Shown: one piece after another, positions 1 to 8,556 of the stretch
Layout: every line of letters begins with the position of its first letter
How positions within the stretch are numbered: position 1 is the first letter of the stretch
DNA from: a virus
Lineage: Duplodnaviria; Caudoviricetes
Length of the DNA stretch: 38,947 nt
Reading direction: 5' to 3' (one strand)
IMG/VR virus record: IMGVR_UViG_3300032024_000070
Span: 1-38,947 of that record
Position numbers and translations under genes: made by a program
The notes under the pieces: generated by a model
What the model was told of the DNA's origin: nothing
Seen by the model: the letters and a program-made list of their open reading frames with translations, nothing else
Databases searched by the model: none

Positions 1-1
1 C

Positions 2-397
2 GCGTGGCCGGACGGATGGGGGGTCTATGCGCTACACGGTGTGCGGGTGCCCGCACCGTTGGTGATGACCCCAGCCCAGGAGCTCGATGTACGCCGGTGG
101 GTAGTCAAGGAGCCGAACGCGGAAATCCGACGAGAAGCTGTTCGCAAGATTGGCATTGAGCGAGTCTGTGAACAGCTAGGGGCTGTGGTCATCGATCGTG
201 GACAGGATCACGCAGGACAGCCATGCGAACTGCTGCTACTGGAGCTAGGAGATGATCGTAAACGGCCATACATCAAGTTGCGGAATCCGAGTATTGGTGT
301 ATACCATATCGAGGGGGTCCATCCAGATTGTCGAACTTTAGGGGCGGCGTTTCGGTTTCGGAATGGCCAGGAAGGAGCACCACAATGGCTTCGTTAA
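2..397 (+). CDS. DUF6745-like phage protein, 5'-truncated by the window edge
   Basis: Frame is open from position 2: AWPDGWGVYALHGVRVP...EPNAEIRREAVRKIG...LRNPSIG.YH.EGV.P. This matches the remembered DUF6745 pattern. Confidence 0.75.
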   Translation, partial: AWPDGWGVYALHGVRVPAPLVMTPAQELDVRRWVVKEPNAEIRREAVRKIGIERVCEQLGAVVIDRGQDHAGQPCELLLLELGDDRKRPYIKLRNPSIGVYHIEGVHPDCRTLGAAFRFRNGQEGAPQWLR

Positions 398-897
398 CCG
401 GAGCGCAACGGGAACGTTTTTGGTTGCGCGTTGAGAAATCTTCAACGTGTTGGCTCCGGCAAGGCACACTCTTTCAGAATGGCCGTTATGGGCGGTTTAA
501 GGCGAATGGACGCGATACGGTAGCACATCTGTTTTCTTATGAGGACATGTATGGAAGGGTTCCGTCTGGATTAGAGCTTGATCATCTCTGTCGGATACGC
601 CACTGCGTCCGGCCCGATCATTTAGAGGCTGTCACACATGCAGTCAACGAGCAACGATCCCCCATTAGCCCCTCTGGAATCAATGCAAAGAAAGTATCCT
701 GCCATCGCGGACACCCCTTAGCTGGGGCCAACCTCTTCATAAGGGGCGACGGGAGAAGACAGCGTAGACGCTGCATCAGCACACACCAGAAGCGTTTGCG
801 AAGCACGGCAGCATACCGAAAATATCACCGAGAGTATGAGCGAAACCGAAAGGCAAAAAAGAAGGAGACTAAATGTTCTATCAGCATGGGGACGTGA
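385..897 (+). CDS. HNH homing endonuclease (HNH_3-type)
   Basis: ATG at 385 after AGGAG. Motifs CW, YGRF, AH, ELDHLCRIRHCVRPDHLEAVT..VN and C-terminal CHRGH. Overlaps both neighbouring genes. Confidence 0.85.
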   Translation: MASLTGAQRERFWLRVEKSSTCWLRQGTLFQNGRYGRFKANGRDTVAHLFSYEDMYGRVPSGLELDHLCRIRHCVRPDHLEAVTHAVNEQRSPISPSGINAKKVSCHRGHPLAGANLFIRGDGRRQRRRCISTHQKRLRSTAAYRKYHREYERNRKAKKKETKCSISMGT

Positions 898-1178
898 CCA
901 TCGTGGCTGTTTCATCAATTCCAGGAGCGGCAAAGAAATCGACCACCAGAGTGTTAGCCTATGGTGAAACCACAACGCATAAGCATCAATTAACCGACGA
1001 GGCTGACGTAGAAGTCTACGAGCATGAGGGGACGCTGTTCCTGCGCGTCGGCCCAGGTGGAGCGGGGATCACGCATGAGGAACATGGCCTGGGCGTGATT
1101 GCGCCTGGAGAGTACCAGGTGGGGCACGTACAGGAGTACGATCATTTTGTGGAAGAGGCGAGGTCCGTGAGGGATTGA
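873..1178 (+). CDS. Conserved phage protein (QHGDV...GE.T.H.H...H.EH type), usual partner of DUF6745 genes
   Basis: AGGAG RBS. His-rich motifs YQHGDV, LAYGETTTHKH, ITHEEH and QEYD. Confidence 0.75.
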   Translation: MFYQHGDVTIVAVSSIPGAAKKSTTRVLAYGETTTHKHQLTDEADVEVYEHEGTLFLRVGPGGAGITHEEHGLGVIAPGEYQVGHVQEYDHFVEEARSVRD

Positions 1179-1215
1179 GCGCGCCACGCGTGGCTGAACC
1201 AGTGAAGGAGAACAA

Positions 1216-1479
1216 GTGATGCTGGACCTCTATATTTTCCGACCACATAGCAAATGGATTTATTGCGGAGGGCTCGCTTGCGTCGCAGCGCACTCGTTTG
1301 AGGAGGCGGTGCAACAGTGCCAAGCGGACGACGAACGCCAAGGAGATACGACCTTTAAAGAGGTTCAAGAGGTCGAAGAGGAAGGTAGCGGTGACTTCGT
1401 CTGGGTACTCGCACAACGGATTCAGATCACCGAGGACACGCCTGTTGGCATGGTCGAGTTCAACTGGAACTATGCGTGA
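1216..1479 (+). CDS. Hypothetical protein
   Basis: 87-aa ORF with AAGGAG RBS, co-oriented with the operon. Confidence 0.65.
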   Translation: MMLDLYIFRPHSKWIYCGGLACVAAHSFEEAVQQCQADDERQGDTTFKEVQEVEEEGSGDFVWVLAQRIQITEDTPVGMVEFNWNYA

Positions 1480-1499
1480 AAAGCCCAAGGATCTGATCT

Positions 1500-2231
1500 A
1501 TGGCTAACGTCCCCTTCAAGAACACCAGCAGCACCGACATCGCTGAGCATCGCCGCTCGTTCGTCGCGCATTTTCGGCTGCGTGGCTACTCGACCCGCAA
1601 AATATGCGAAGCTATCCAGAAGCTCGATCCGCCATGTATCAACGAGAAGACTGGCAATCCGTGGTCGAATAAGGTCATCGACATGGACTGCAAAGTCCTT
1701 ATCGATCGATGGCGACAGCAATCCCAAGCCGACGAAAGCAAACTGCGGGCGCGGCAATGGGCCGAGCTTCAAGAGATCAAGCATAAAGCCTGGATATCCG
1801 AGGATTATGCCCTCGTGCTGAGATGCCACGACCGCGAAGCGAGCCTGCTCGGACTCGACAAGAAGAAAGACCCATCGGCGAGTGTCGATCCCGAAGTCCA
1901 TGCGAAGGCGCAAGCATCTCTAGCTCTCGCCGCACGCATTGCGAGCTTGCCAGACGATCAAGTCGTGGTGCTGATGAAGGAGCTCGCCGCCTCCCGCTCC
2001 GTGTTACCGTCGAGCACAGAGGAAACCATCACCACTGTCTCGATCGTCTCACCGGCTGGATTGGAGCGCGATGTGACACCGGCATACGACCAGGACGTTG
2101 ACATCGACGATATCGAATCCCCGGATGGCATTGTCACAGAGGACGGCGACCCGAACGACGACCCCGACGGTATCCCGCCGCCTATGGTGTGGCACTGCCC
2201 GGTGTCAGGCAAGAGACTGGAGGATTGCTGA
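1500..2231 (+). CDS. terS: Putative terminase small subunit (HTH)
   Basis: N-terminal HTH-like RLRGYSTRKICEAI, a DREASLLGLD motif, an acidic tail, and a position upstream of the large terminase. Confidence 0.65.
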   Translation: MANVPFKNTSSTDIAEHRRSFVAHFRLRGYSTRKICEAIQKLDPPCINEKTGNPWSNKVIDMDCKVLIDRWRQQSQADESKLRARQWAELQEIKHKAWISEDYALVLRCHDREASLLGLDKKKDPSASVDPEVHAKAQASLALAARIASLPDDQVVVLMKELAASRSVLPSSTEETITTVSIVSPAGLERDVTPAYDQDVDIDDIESPDGIVTEDGDPNDDPDGIPPPMVWHCPVSGKRLEDC

Positions 2232-2470
2232 TGAGTGCGGCAGCTATTACGGTTGGCGAGCGCTACGAGGTGTTATTCGACGTCCCGACACGGTGTTGCG
2301 ACCATACGATACAACGGGATCACTTCTACCGCGTCGATGTCCTGTTGACCACTCAGCGTCTCGTGATCGTCAGGGTTGATCAACACGGTCAGCCGCTAGA
2401 CGGCGAGAAACAGGGCCATACGGTAAGAAGCATGGTGTTTACCGCAGCGGCGAGACGGGTAAAGGTGTAA
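2231..2470 (+). CDS. Hypothetical protein
   Basis: ATG at 2231 overlaps the upstream TGA; GGAGG RBS precedes it. Confidence 0.6.
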   Translation: MSAAAITVGERYEVLFDVPTRCCDHTIQRDHFYRVDVLLTTQRLVIVRVDQHGQPLDGEKQGHTVRSMVFTAAARRVKV

Positions 2471-2473
2471 GAC

Positions 2474-3880
2474 ATGGATCTCATCCTATCCGATGACCTC
2501 GCCGTCGCTCTCGAAATGATCCGCGATCACGGCGGCTACCCGCTCATCGTCGGCGGAGCCGTTCGTGATGCTATAATGGGACACCCACAATCGAAAGATG
2601 TGGACGTTGAAGTGTACGGCATCACCCTCGACCGACTCATTGGTGCCTTACGGCCATTTGGTGATGTATCGACTGTTGGTGCAGCATTCGGCGTCGTCAA
2701 GGTTCATGGGGTTGATGCCGACTTCAGCGTCCCACGGCAGGACAACAATCGCGGCGCTGGTCACACCGACTTCGATGTCACAGTGAATCCAGCAATGAGT
2801 ATCACGGAAGCCTGCTGGCGTCGTGACCTGACGATGAACAGTATGGCCTACGATCCCTTGACCGGCGACCTGTACGATCCGTTCAGCGGACTGGCCGACA
2901 TTCGCCAGAAGAGGCTCAGAGCGACCAATCCCGCGACATTCCTCGATGATCCCCTCCGAGCCATGCGTGTCGCGCAATTCGTCTCTCGGTTTGGCTATGA
3001 CGTCGATAGGGATCTGCTTTGGCTCTGCGCTGAGGCTGACCTGAACGCCTTGCCAGGAGAACGGCTATACACGGAATGGCAGAAACTCCTCCTCGGTCAG
3101 CACCCCGATCAAGGATTGCGGTTCCTGCGAGCCGCCCGCCTACTCCGATTCTTTCCTGAACTCGACGCGATGGCTGGCTGTCTACAGGAACCCGAATACC
3201 ACAACGAGAAGGACGTGTACGAGCACATCGCACTCGCCGCGCTCGAAGCTCGGACCCTGACCGATGACCTGACAGTCTTGTGGGCGGTCCTACTGCACGA
3301 TGTTGGTAAGCCCGCGACCACTACAAAGGACGACGAAGGGCGCATCCGGTCGAAGGGCCACGAAGATGCGGGGGTCGAACTCGCACGAACCTTCCTGCAA
3401 CGCCTTCGAGCGCCGAACGATCTGATCGAACGAGTAGTCGCGCTTGTCGCTCACCACCTTGCTCCAGTCCATTTCGTCCCTGACGCCGCGCATAGCCATA
3501 AGCGAGGGTATGCCGGGCCTGCGGCTTATCGTCGTCTCGCCCGAACGCTCGGAGCCGCCGACACGGACATGAAGACGCTCTACCTCGTCTCAAAGGCCGA
3601 CCATCTGGGCCGCATCTCACCTGACGCTCTGGCGTCACAGTTTCCATCCGGTGAGGAATTCCTTCGACGTGCCGAGCAGATTCACGTCGTCAACACACCC
3701 GAACCCGACATCGTGATGGGCCGTCATCTACTCGCACGCGGTTATCAACCGGGGCCAGAGATCGGGGTAATCTTGACAAGGTGCCGAGAAGATCAGTACG
3801 AGACGGGAGAGAACAACCCTGATAGAATCTTAGAAAGGGTGCTGGCAGAATTCTCAAGAGAGGATACACCACATGTCTGA
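2474..3880 (+). CDS. cca: Class II tRNA nucleotidyltransferase (CCA-adding enzyme) with HD domain
   Basis: VGGAVRD, catalytic DVD, intact flexible loop (RQDNNRGAGHTDF), RRDLTMNSMAY, DDPLR, HD domain (EYHNEKDVYEH...LLHDVGKP...GHE) and C-terminal GYQPGPEIG. Confidence 0.92.
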   Translation: MDLILSDDLAVALEMIRDHGGYPLIVGGAVRDAIMGHPQSKDVDVEVYGITLDRLIGALRPFGDVSTVGAAFGVVKVHGVDADFSVPRQDNNRGAGHTDFDVTVNPAMSITEACWRRDLTMNSMAYDPLTGDLYDPFSGLADIRQKRLRATNPATFLDDPLRAMRVAQFVSRFGYDVDRDLLWLCAEADLNALPGERLYTEWQKLLLGQHPDQGLRFLRAARLLRFFPELDAMAGCLQEPEYHNEKDVYEHIALAALEARTLTDDLTVLWAVLLHDVGKPATTTKDDEGRIRSKGHEDAGVELARTFLQRLRAPNDLIERVVALVAHHLAPVHFVPDAAHSHKRGYAGPAAYRRLARTLGAADTDMKTLYLVSKADHLGRISPDALASQFPSGEEFLRRAEQIHVVNTPEPDIVMGRHLLARGYQPGPEIGVILTRCREDQYETGENNPDRILERVLAEFSREDTPHV

Positions 3881-6875
3881 CCCGTCGCTGCTCCGTCTCG
3901 CGCTGACAACGCGGGCGCCACAGACGAAGGAGGAGTTGTTCTGGTTTTTTAAGGAAATCGTGCAAGTCCCATGCGCCCCCTGCGGCAACACAGGCAAGGT
4001 CATGTTCCCGAAAGTGGGAATCTGCCGAACCTGTGGCGGCCTCGGCAAGCGCGGCTTTCATTTTGGCCGCAAAGCAATCTGCGCCGATCACTCAGCCCCC
4101 CTCGATATCCTCGCGGAGCTCTGGTTCGGAACGCTCCGGCATGTGCTCATCATCGCGAATCGTGAAGGCGGCAAGACGCAGATGCTCGCCTTGCTGTCAC
4201 ACCTGATGATGCACTTCGGGCGCTACAGCATCGCCCACATGGGGTCGGTCGAATCGCAGGCGTTCAGAGCGAGAGACTACCTGCAAGCCATCCTGGGCCT
4301 CGAACCCTGGAAGAAGAGCATCCAGGGGCAGATGAGCCAGTCACAGGCGACACTCACGAACGGCGCGAAGATTGAATGGCTGACGGGGACGTTGGCGCAG
4401 GCGTGCTTGCCGGGGTCAACGCGAATCATCACCGATATCGGCCTCTTCGACATGCGTGAGATTGTGAGCAAAAAACTGAAGGTACGAGTCAAATCGTTTA
4501 ACTTCAATCGACAGCGGATTGAATGGCAACCGATCACCGCATGGCACGACAACGGCGCAGAAGAGCAGTTTCGCATGATTGTCGTCGATAGCGGATTGAC
4601 CTTAATCGCCACCGGCAATCATCTCATCCCACAACCCGATGGGAGAAAGGTCGAACTCGAATGGCTCTACCCTGGAGAGTTTGTCTGCCAGGCGGCGCAA
4701 GCTGATCTGTTTGCCACGAAGATTCGCTATGTCGGGAATATCCGGCTTGAGGGCGAACGGCGATACGATTTGACCGTCGCTGAAAATCACAACTACTGTA
4801 CGAGCAGCGGGATTCTAGTTGGGAATAGTGGCGTTCACCCCGAACTCTCTATCCTCGATGAGTGTGACCAAGCCGACCCGGATGTCCGTCAGCGGTTCCT
4901 CAAGACGCCCTCCGGCCCGCGCTCCTGTTTCATCGAGGCCAGCACCCATTATATCCAGATGGGCACGATCTCACAGATTCTCAGGGAGTCGCCAAACCTG
5001 CCGGTACGGAGGTTCTGCTTGCATGGCGATACGAAGATTTCCACCTCATCCGGCGATCTAGCTATCCGAGATATGGTTGGCAAGGAAAATCTATGGGTGT
5101 ACTGCTCGCACAACGGAAAACTTGCGCTTCGTCAGGCGCGAGACATCAGGAAAACGCGAGAGAATGCGCCGGTTGTGAAGGTAACGTTTGGGTGGTCGTC
5201 ATTTTTACGCGATGAAAGGTTTGTCGGGAGTGTGATTGCTACACCAGATCATCAGTTTTTATTGAAGGATGGTTCATGGAAGGAAGCGCAAGACCTTCAA
5301 CCGAAAGACCGGCTCACACCATTTTATCGTAAACATCAACCATCGACATCGTGGATGCCAGGGTGGGATGTTGGTCTCGGCGGTGAGAAGCTAGTCAGAG
5401 AGCATCGTTTTATTTTTGAACAGGTGCATCGGCCATTACAGCCAGGCGAAGTTGTGCATCACCGTAATCACGATCGATGGGACAATACCCCGGAAAACCT
5501 TATCGCATTATCTGATTCTGAGCATAGGTCATACCACCAAAAAATGTTTGCGCAAGACGATGAGAGGGAATTGCAACGGAGTGAAAGACTTCGAGAAAAT
5601 CGAAAACAGTCAGGCTCTCCGTGGAATGCAGAGGTGAATCGGCGAGCGTGGGCGAATGCGACACCGGAAGCACGGGCACTCCGCGTTTTGAATATAAAAC
5701 GCGGGCAGCAGCGAGCAAAGGAGAAGCGAGAACTCCAGGTGTCTGAAAACCATCGCGTTATCTCTGTTGAGCCCGCCGGAACCGCAGATGTCTATTGCAT
5801 GGATGTTCCTGGATCAGAAAACTTCGTAGCGAACGGAGTTATTGTCCATAATTGTTTGTGGGAATCCCTAGCGCAATGTGACTATGACTGTGAAAAGATG
5901 CCTCAGCTTGACGGTAAATTAGCCCGGTGTGCGCTTTACGAGTCGATCGAGCATACCGCCGATGGCCGGATGCAAGTCGTCCCTCTGTGCGGCGGCACGA
6001 TTGCCCGACAGTGTGACGGCCACATCGATGTCATCCACGCGCAGATGCAATGGGCGAAGTCGGACCCCTGGAGCCGTAGGGTCGAATATCTCTGCGAACC
6101 GCCAGACCGCCCTGTCGGGGGCCGCGCCTACTGGAATTACCATTCAGCGCAGAATCGTCTCAACTTCAACCCCGACATTCAACCAAACAAGCCCCTCGAA
6201 TGGACGATGGACTTCGGCCCAGGTGTCGGCGCTCGCATGTGTTCGACTATCCTGCAAACCTCGCCGGATGGCACCGAAGACTGGATTGTCGATGAAATCG
6301 TCCTCGGCACGTCCAGCACCTCTGAGGTTATCAAGGAATTCCTGCGACGCTACGGGCCTCACGGCTGCATCGCCCCACAGCACAGCGGCGGCATCTGGAT
6401 ATACGGCGACCGCAGCGGCCACACACGGGCGTCAACCACTGGCGATACCGATTATGACTTGATCATCGCGGCACTCCGTAATACCCCCGGCTTTCGGCTC
6501 CTCGTGTTCTCCGGCGACGCGAACCCACCGCTCATCGACCGGCTCAACCTCGTCAATCGCCTGCTCTGCGACGAAACGGGCCGCCGCCGCCTGAAGGTCG
6601 CGCAGAAATGCAAGGAAACAGCCCGCGAACTCGAACTCATGCCCCTCGGAGCCGATAGGAAGAAGGACAAATCTGACAAAGTGCAGCGCGTCCTCGGCCT
6701 GAGTCACATCGGCGACGGCATCGAGTATTGGGCATGGAAAAAGTATGGCCGATCTGGTATGGTAATGGGCGACAACAATCTGAAGATCGCGCCGGTCGTG
6801 GCGCTAGGCAACGTCCGACGCGAAAGCTCAATACTCGTGTCACGCAGCGGACGCCGTTCGAGCATGGATAAGTAG
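3873..6875 (+). CDS. terL: Terminase large subunit precursor with two inteins (about 580 aa after splicing)
   Basis: Walker A ANREGGKT, Walker B LSILDE, RNase H-like nuclease (WTMDFG, IYGDRSG, SHIGDGIEY). Lies upstream of the portal. Confidence 0.9.
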   Translation: MSDPSLLRLALTTRAPQTKEELFWFFKEIVQVPCAPCGNTGKVMFPKVGICRTCGGLGKRGFHFGRKAICADHSAPLDILAELWFGTLRHVLIIANREGGKTQMLALLSHLMMHFGRYSIAHMGSVESQAFRARDYLQAILGLEPWKKSIQGQMSQSQATLTNGAKIEWLTGTLAQACLPGSTRIITDIGLFDMREIVSKKLKVRVKSFNFNRQRIEWQPITAWHDNGAEEQFRMIVVDSGLTLIATGNHLIPQPDGRKVELEWLYPGEFVCQAAQADLFATKIRYVGNIRLEGERRYDLTVAENHNYCTSSGILVGNSGVHPELSILDECDQADPDVRQRFLKTPSGPRSCFIEASTHYIQMGTISQILRESPNLPVRRFCLHGDTKISTSSGDLAIRDMVGKENLWVYCSHNGKLALRQARDIRKTRENAPVVKVTFGWSSFLRDERFVGSVIATPDHQFLLKDGSWKEAQDLQPKDRLTPFYRKHQPSTSWMPGWDVGLGGEKLVREHRFIFEQVHRPLQPGEVVHHRNHDRWDNTPENLIALSDSEHRSYHQKMFAQDDERELQRSERLRENRKQSGSPWNAEVNRRAWANATPEARALRVLNIKRGQQRAKEKRELQVSENHRVISVEPAGTADVYCMDVPGSENFVANGVIVHNCLWESLAQCDYDCEKMPQLDGKLARCALYESIEHTADGRMQVVPLCGGTIARQCDGHIDVIHAQMQWAKSDPWSRRVEYLCEPPDRPVGGRAYWNYHSAQNRLNFNPDIQPNKPLEWTMDFGPGVGARMCSTILQTSPDGTEDWIVDEIVLGTSSTSEVIKEFLRRYGPHGCIAPQHSGGIWIYGDRSGHTRASTTGDTDYDLIIAALRNTPGFRLLVFSGDANPPLIDRLNLVNRLLCDETGRRRLKVAQKCKETARELELMPLGADRKKDKSDKVQRVLGLSHIGDGIEYWAWKKYGRSGMVMGDNNLKIAPVVALGNVRRESSILVSRSGRRSSMDK
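4404..4826 (+). mobile_element. Mini-intein (141 aa) in TerL, atypical Gly-Asn C-terminus
   Basis: Starts CLPGSTRI; block B ATGNH; block F/G YDLTVAENHNY...ILVGN; +1 residue Ser. No endonuclease domain. Confidence 0.88.
5016..5852 (+). mobile_element. Intein (279 aa) with HNH endonuclease in TerL
   Basis: Starts CLHGDTKI; block B ATPDH; HNH core EHR...VVHHRNHDRWDNTPENL; ends VYCMDV...NFVANGVIVHN; +1 residue Cys. Lower GC than its flanks. Confidence 0.92.
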
Positions 6876-7166
6876 ATGGATCATACCGGACAGTGGGTGG
6901 TGCAGTGGTATCCGTTCATGGCTATCGAATGCAGGCGAGAGGGTCCATCCGGAGACTATCGCATCCGGACGACCGTAGACACTGAAGGGTCACAAACATG
7001 CGCAGAACAAATCATTTCAGGCGAGGTGCTCTATTACGCGCATGATCCATCGGGCATTATTAAGGAGGTGATGATGGCGACATTAGAAGCGTGTGGCGTC
7101 CCGCCTCAAGACGTCGAGCGTCTCGTAGACGAGCGACAGCGCACTAGTGAAGGCGTGATGGAATGA
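6876..7166 (+). CDS. Hypothetical protein
   Basis: ORF abuts the TerL stop and is coupled to the next ORF by ATGA. Confidence 0.6.
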   Translation: MDHTGQWVVQWYPFMAIECRREGPSGDYRIRTTVDTEGSQTCAEQIISGEVLYYAHDPSGIIKEVMMATLEACGVPPQDVERLVDERQRTSEGVME

Positions 7167-7345
7167 TCTGGAAAACGGTTGGAGATGATCGGATAGACCC
7201 CAAGCACTACGCAGTGGCGGCCAAAATGATCGCCGATCAGCTACGGAGCATGAGGCAGCTTGACCTGCTCTTGGTGTGTCTCAGCCTTGCCTACGGCGGC
7301 TACCGGGAACAGTGGCGAGGACGACCCTACCCAATGGATAACTAA
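7163..7345 (+). CDS. Hypothetical protein
   Basis: ATGA overlap with the previous ORF; 60 aa. Confidence 0.5.
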   Translation: MIWKTVGDDRIDPKHYAVAAKMIADQLRSMRQLDLLLVCLSLAYGGYREQWRGRPYPMDN

Positions 7346-7357
7346 GGAGCTATCAAC

Positions 7358-7648
7358 ATGCCAGACGCGCTTCCGCTCGACCAATGGGTGTCAGACCGCC
7401 TACAGGAATGGCTCACCTCTCGCGGCGTCTGGCATGGTGAGGTCACGTTACGCTTTGGGGACGACGGCATCGAGTTGCTGAGAGAGAGGCGTGTCACGAA
7501 TATCAATTCTGTCGGGGTCTGCGGACTGTGGGGCAACATCCAATACGGACGCACGTCGGTCTTGATCCAAGACGGCCAGCACCGCACCATCGAGGAAGAA
7601 CGGACGACGAGGAGACCAACAGCGGAAGACGCGAAAGGAGTAGCATGA
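7358..7648 (+). CDS. Hypothetical protein, tandem DUF2292/YezD-like units
   Basis: TAAGGAG RBS. Two similar units: WHGEVTLRFGDDGIELLRERRVT and QYGRTSVLIQDGQHRTIEEERTT. Confidence 0.55.
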   Translation: MPDALPLDQWVSDRLQEWLTSRGVWHGEVTLRFGDDGIELLRERRVTNINSVGVCGLWGNIQYGRTSVLIQDGQHRTIEEERTTRRPTAEDAKGVA

Positions 7649-7926
7649 ATAAAACAGACATCTCCCACATTGTCTCAGCGCGAGTAGGCATCACACCGTC
7701 GGTGGCACTTGAAGCCATCAACGCAACATTCGAGGCTATTGCAAAGGGGATGGTTTCGCCAGACGATGGGCGCGTGGAGCTTCGAGGTTTCGGGACGTTT
7801 TATACCAAATCGCGCAAGGCCCGTGAGCTCCGCAACCTGAATACGGGAGAAATGTTCCAGGTTCCCGTGAAGCGTGTGCCGTTCTTTAGGCCGGGCAAAG
7901 ATTTGAAGATCCTCGTGGAGTTGTGA
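7645..7926 (+). CDS. HU/IHF family DNA-binding protein
   Basis: True start MNKTDI at 7645 (AAGGAG RBS). Signature VELRGFGTF...RKAR..RN..TGE....P.KRVP.FRPGK.LK. Confidence 0.92.
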   Translation: MNKTDISHIVSARVGITPSVALEAINATFEAIAKGMVSPDDGRVELRGFGTFYTKSRKARELRNLNTGEMFQVPVKRVPFFRPGKDLKILVEL

Positions 7927-7942
7927 GACGCGACGATTTTAA

Positions 7943-7997
7943 TAATAACGCCGAATTGTGCGGCGGCGAAGCAGTCCGCACTAATGCATAGTTAGGC
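7943..7997 (-). other. attC-like integron cassette recombination site
   Basis: The minus strand reads GCCTAAC-5 nt-ATTAGTGCGG...CCGCACAAT-5 nt-GTTATTA. It has paired R and L boxes, unpaired 5-nt spacers and two extrahelical bases (7975, 7982) over 55 bp. Confidence 0.7.
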
Positions 7998-8011
7998 GCT
8001 TTTAATGAGGA

Positions 8012-8200
8012 ATGGCGATGTCTGGAGATGAAGTAAAGATTTATGTGCAGGACTATGGGGAGGAAGCTCGTCGTCTTATTCAGGATGCATTGAAGTTTTT
8101 AGATGATCGGGAACAATCCTGGGGGTTGGATGAGCCAATTGATCGCGATGAATATATTAAAGAATTGCTTACTCTTGCTGGTTGGATGGTAAAGCCTTAA
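8012..8200 (+). CDS. Hypothetical protein (low-GC, cassette-like)
   Basis: 62-aa ORF right after the GTTAGGC box. Its stop lies in GCCTTAAC. Visibly more AT-rich than the phage backbone. Confidence 0.6.
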   Translation: MAMSGDEVKIYVQDYGEEARRLIQDALKFLDDREQSWGLDEPIDRDEYIKELLTLAGWMVKP

Positions 8201-8202
8201 CT

Positions 8203-8556
8203 ATGTTATCGAAACGTGATGCGCAAAAGATTGTCGGGGTACTTGTTGCATGTAAGGATCGGCGCGTTGGGTTGACACAGAAAGCTGAGGATGCTCTTGT
8301 GGAGGAACTGGCAAGAGTATTTCCTGATTATCCGTGGTATCGATTATTTACAGAATTGACCGAAGCGGAATCGGTGAATCGCAGCGTAACGAACGTAACA
8401 AAGCCCCTGATTGAAACTAACCCCTATCTGAAAGATCCCGTGCAAAGACAATCGTTGCTTTGGAGGGCGGTGGCCAGTTCGTCAGCTATTGAAGGCGCCC
8501 GACTAGGTGTCTCTCGAACGTCTGCCCGTAAAGCTATCCATGCCGCTGCCTCCTAA
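8203..8556 (+). CDS. Hypothetical protein, C-terminal half Fic-antitoxin-like
   Basis: Likely ATG at 8203. The C-terminal KPLIETNPYLKDP...VASSSAIEG carries the (S/T)xxxE(G/N) Fic-inhibitory motif. Confidence 0.55.
   Translation: MLSKRDAQKIVGVLVACKDRRVGLTQKAEDALVEELARVFPDYPWYRLFTELTEAESVNRSVTNVTKPLIETNPYLKDPVQRQSLLWRAVASSSAIEGARLGVSRTSARKAIHAAAS

Noticed and set aside
3773-3805. TTGACA inside cca as an internal terL promoter
   Set aside because: No matching -10 element; it lies in coding sequence.
7528-7644. N-terminal extension of the HU ORF
   Set aside because: The canonical MNK start with RBS is at 7645.
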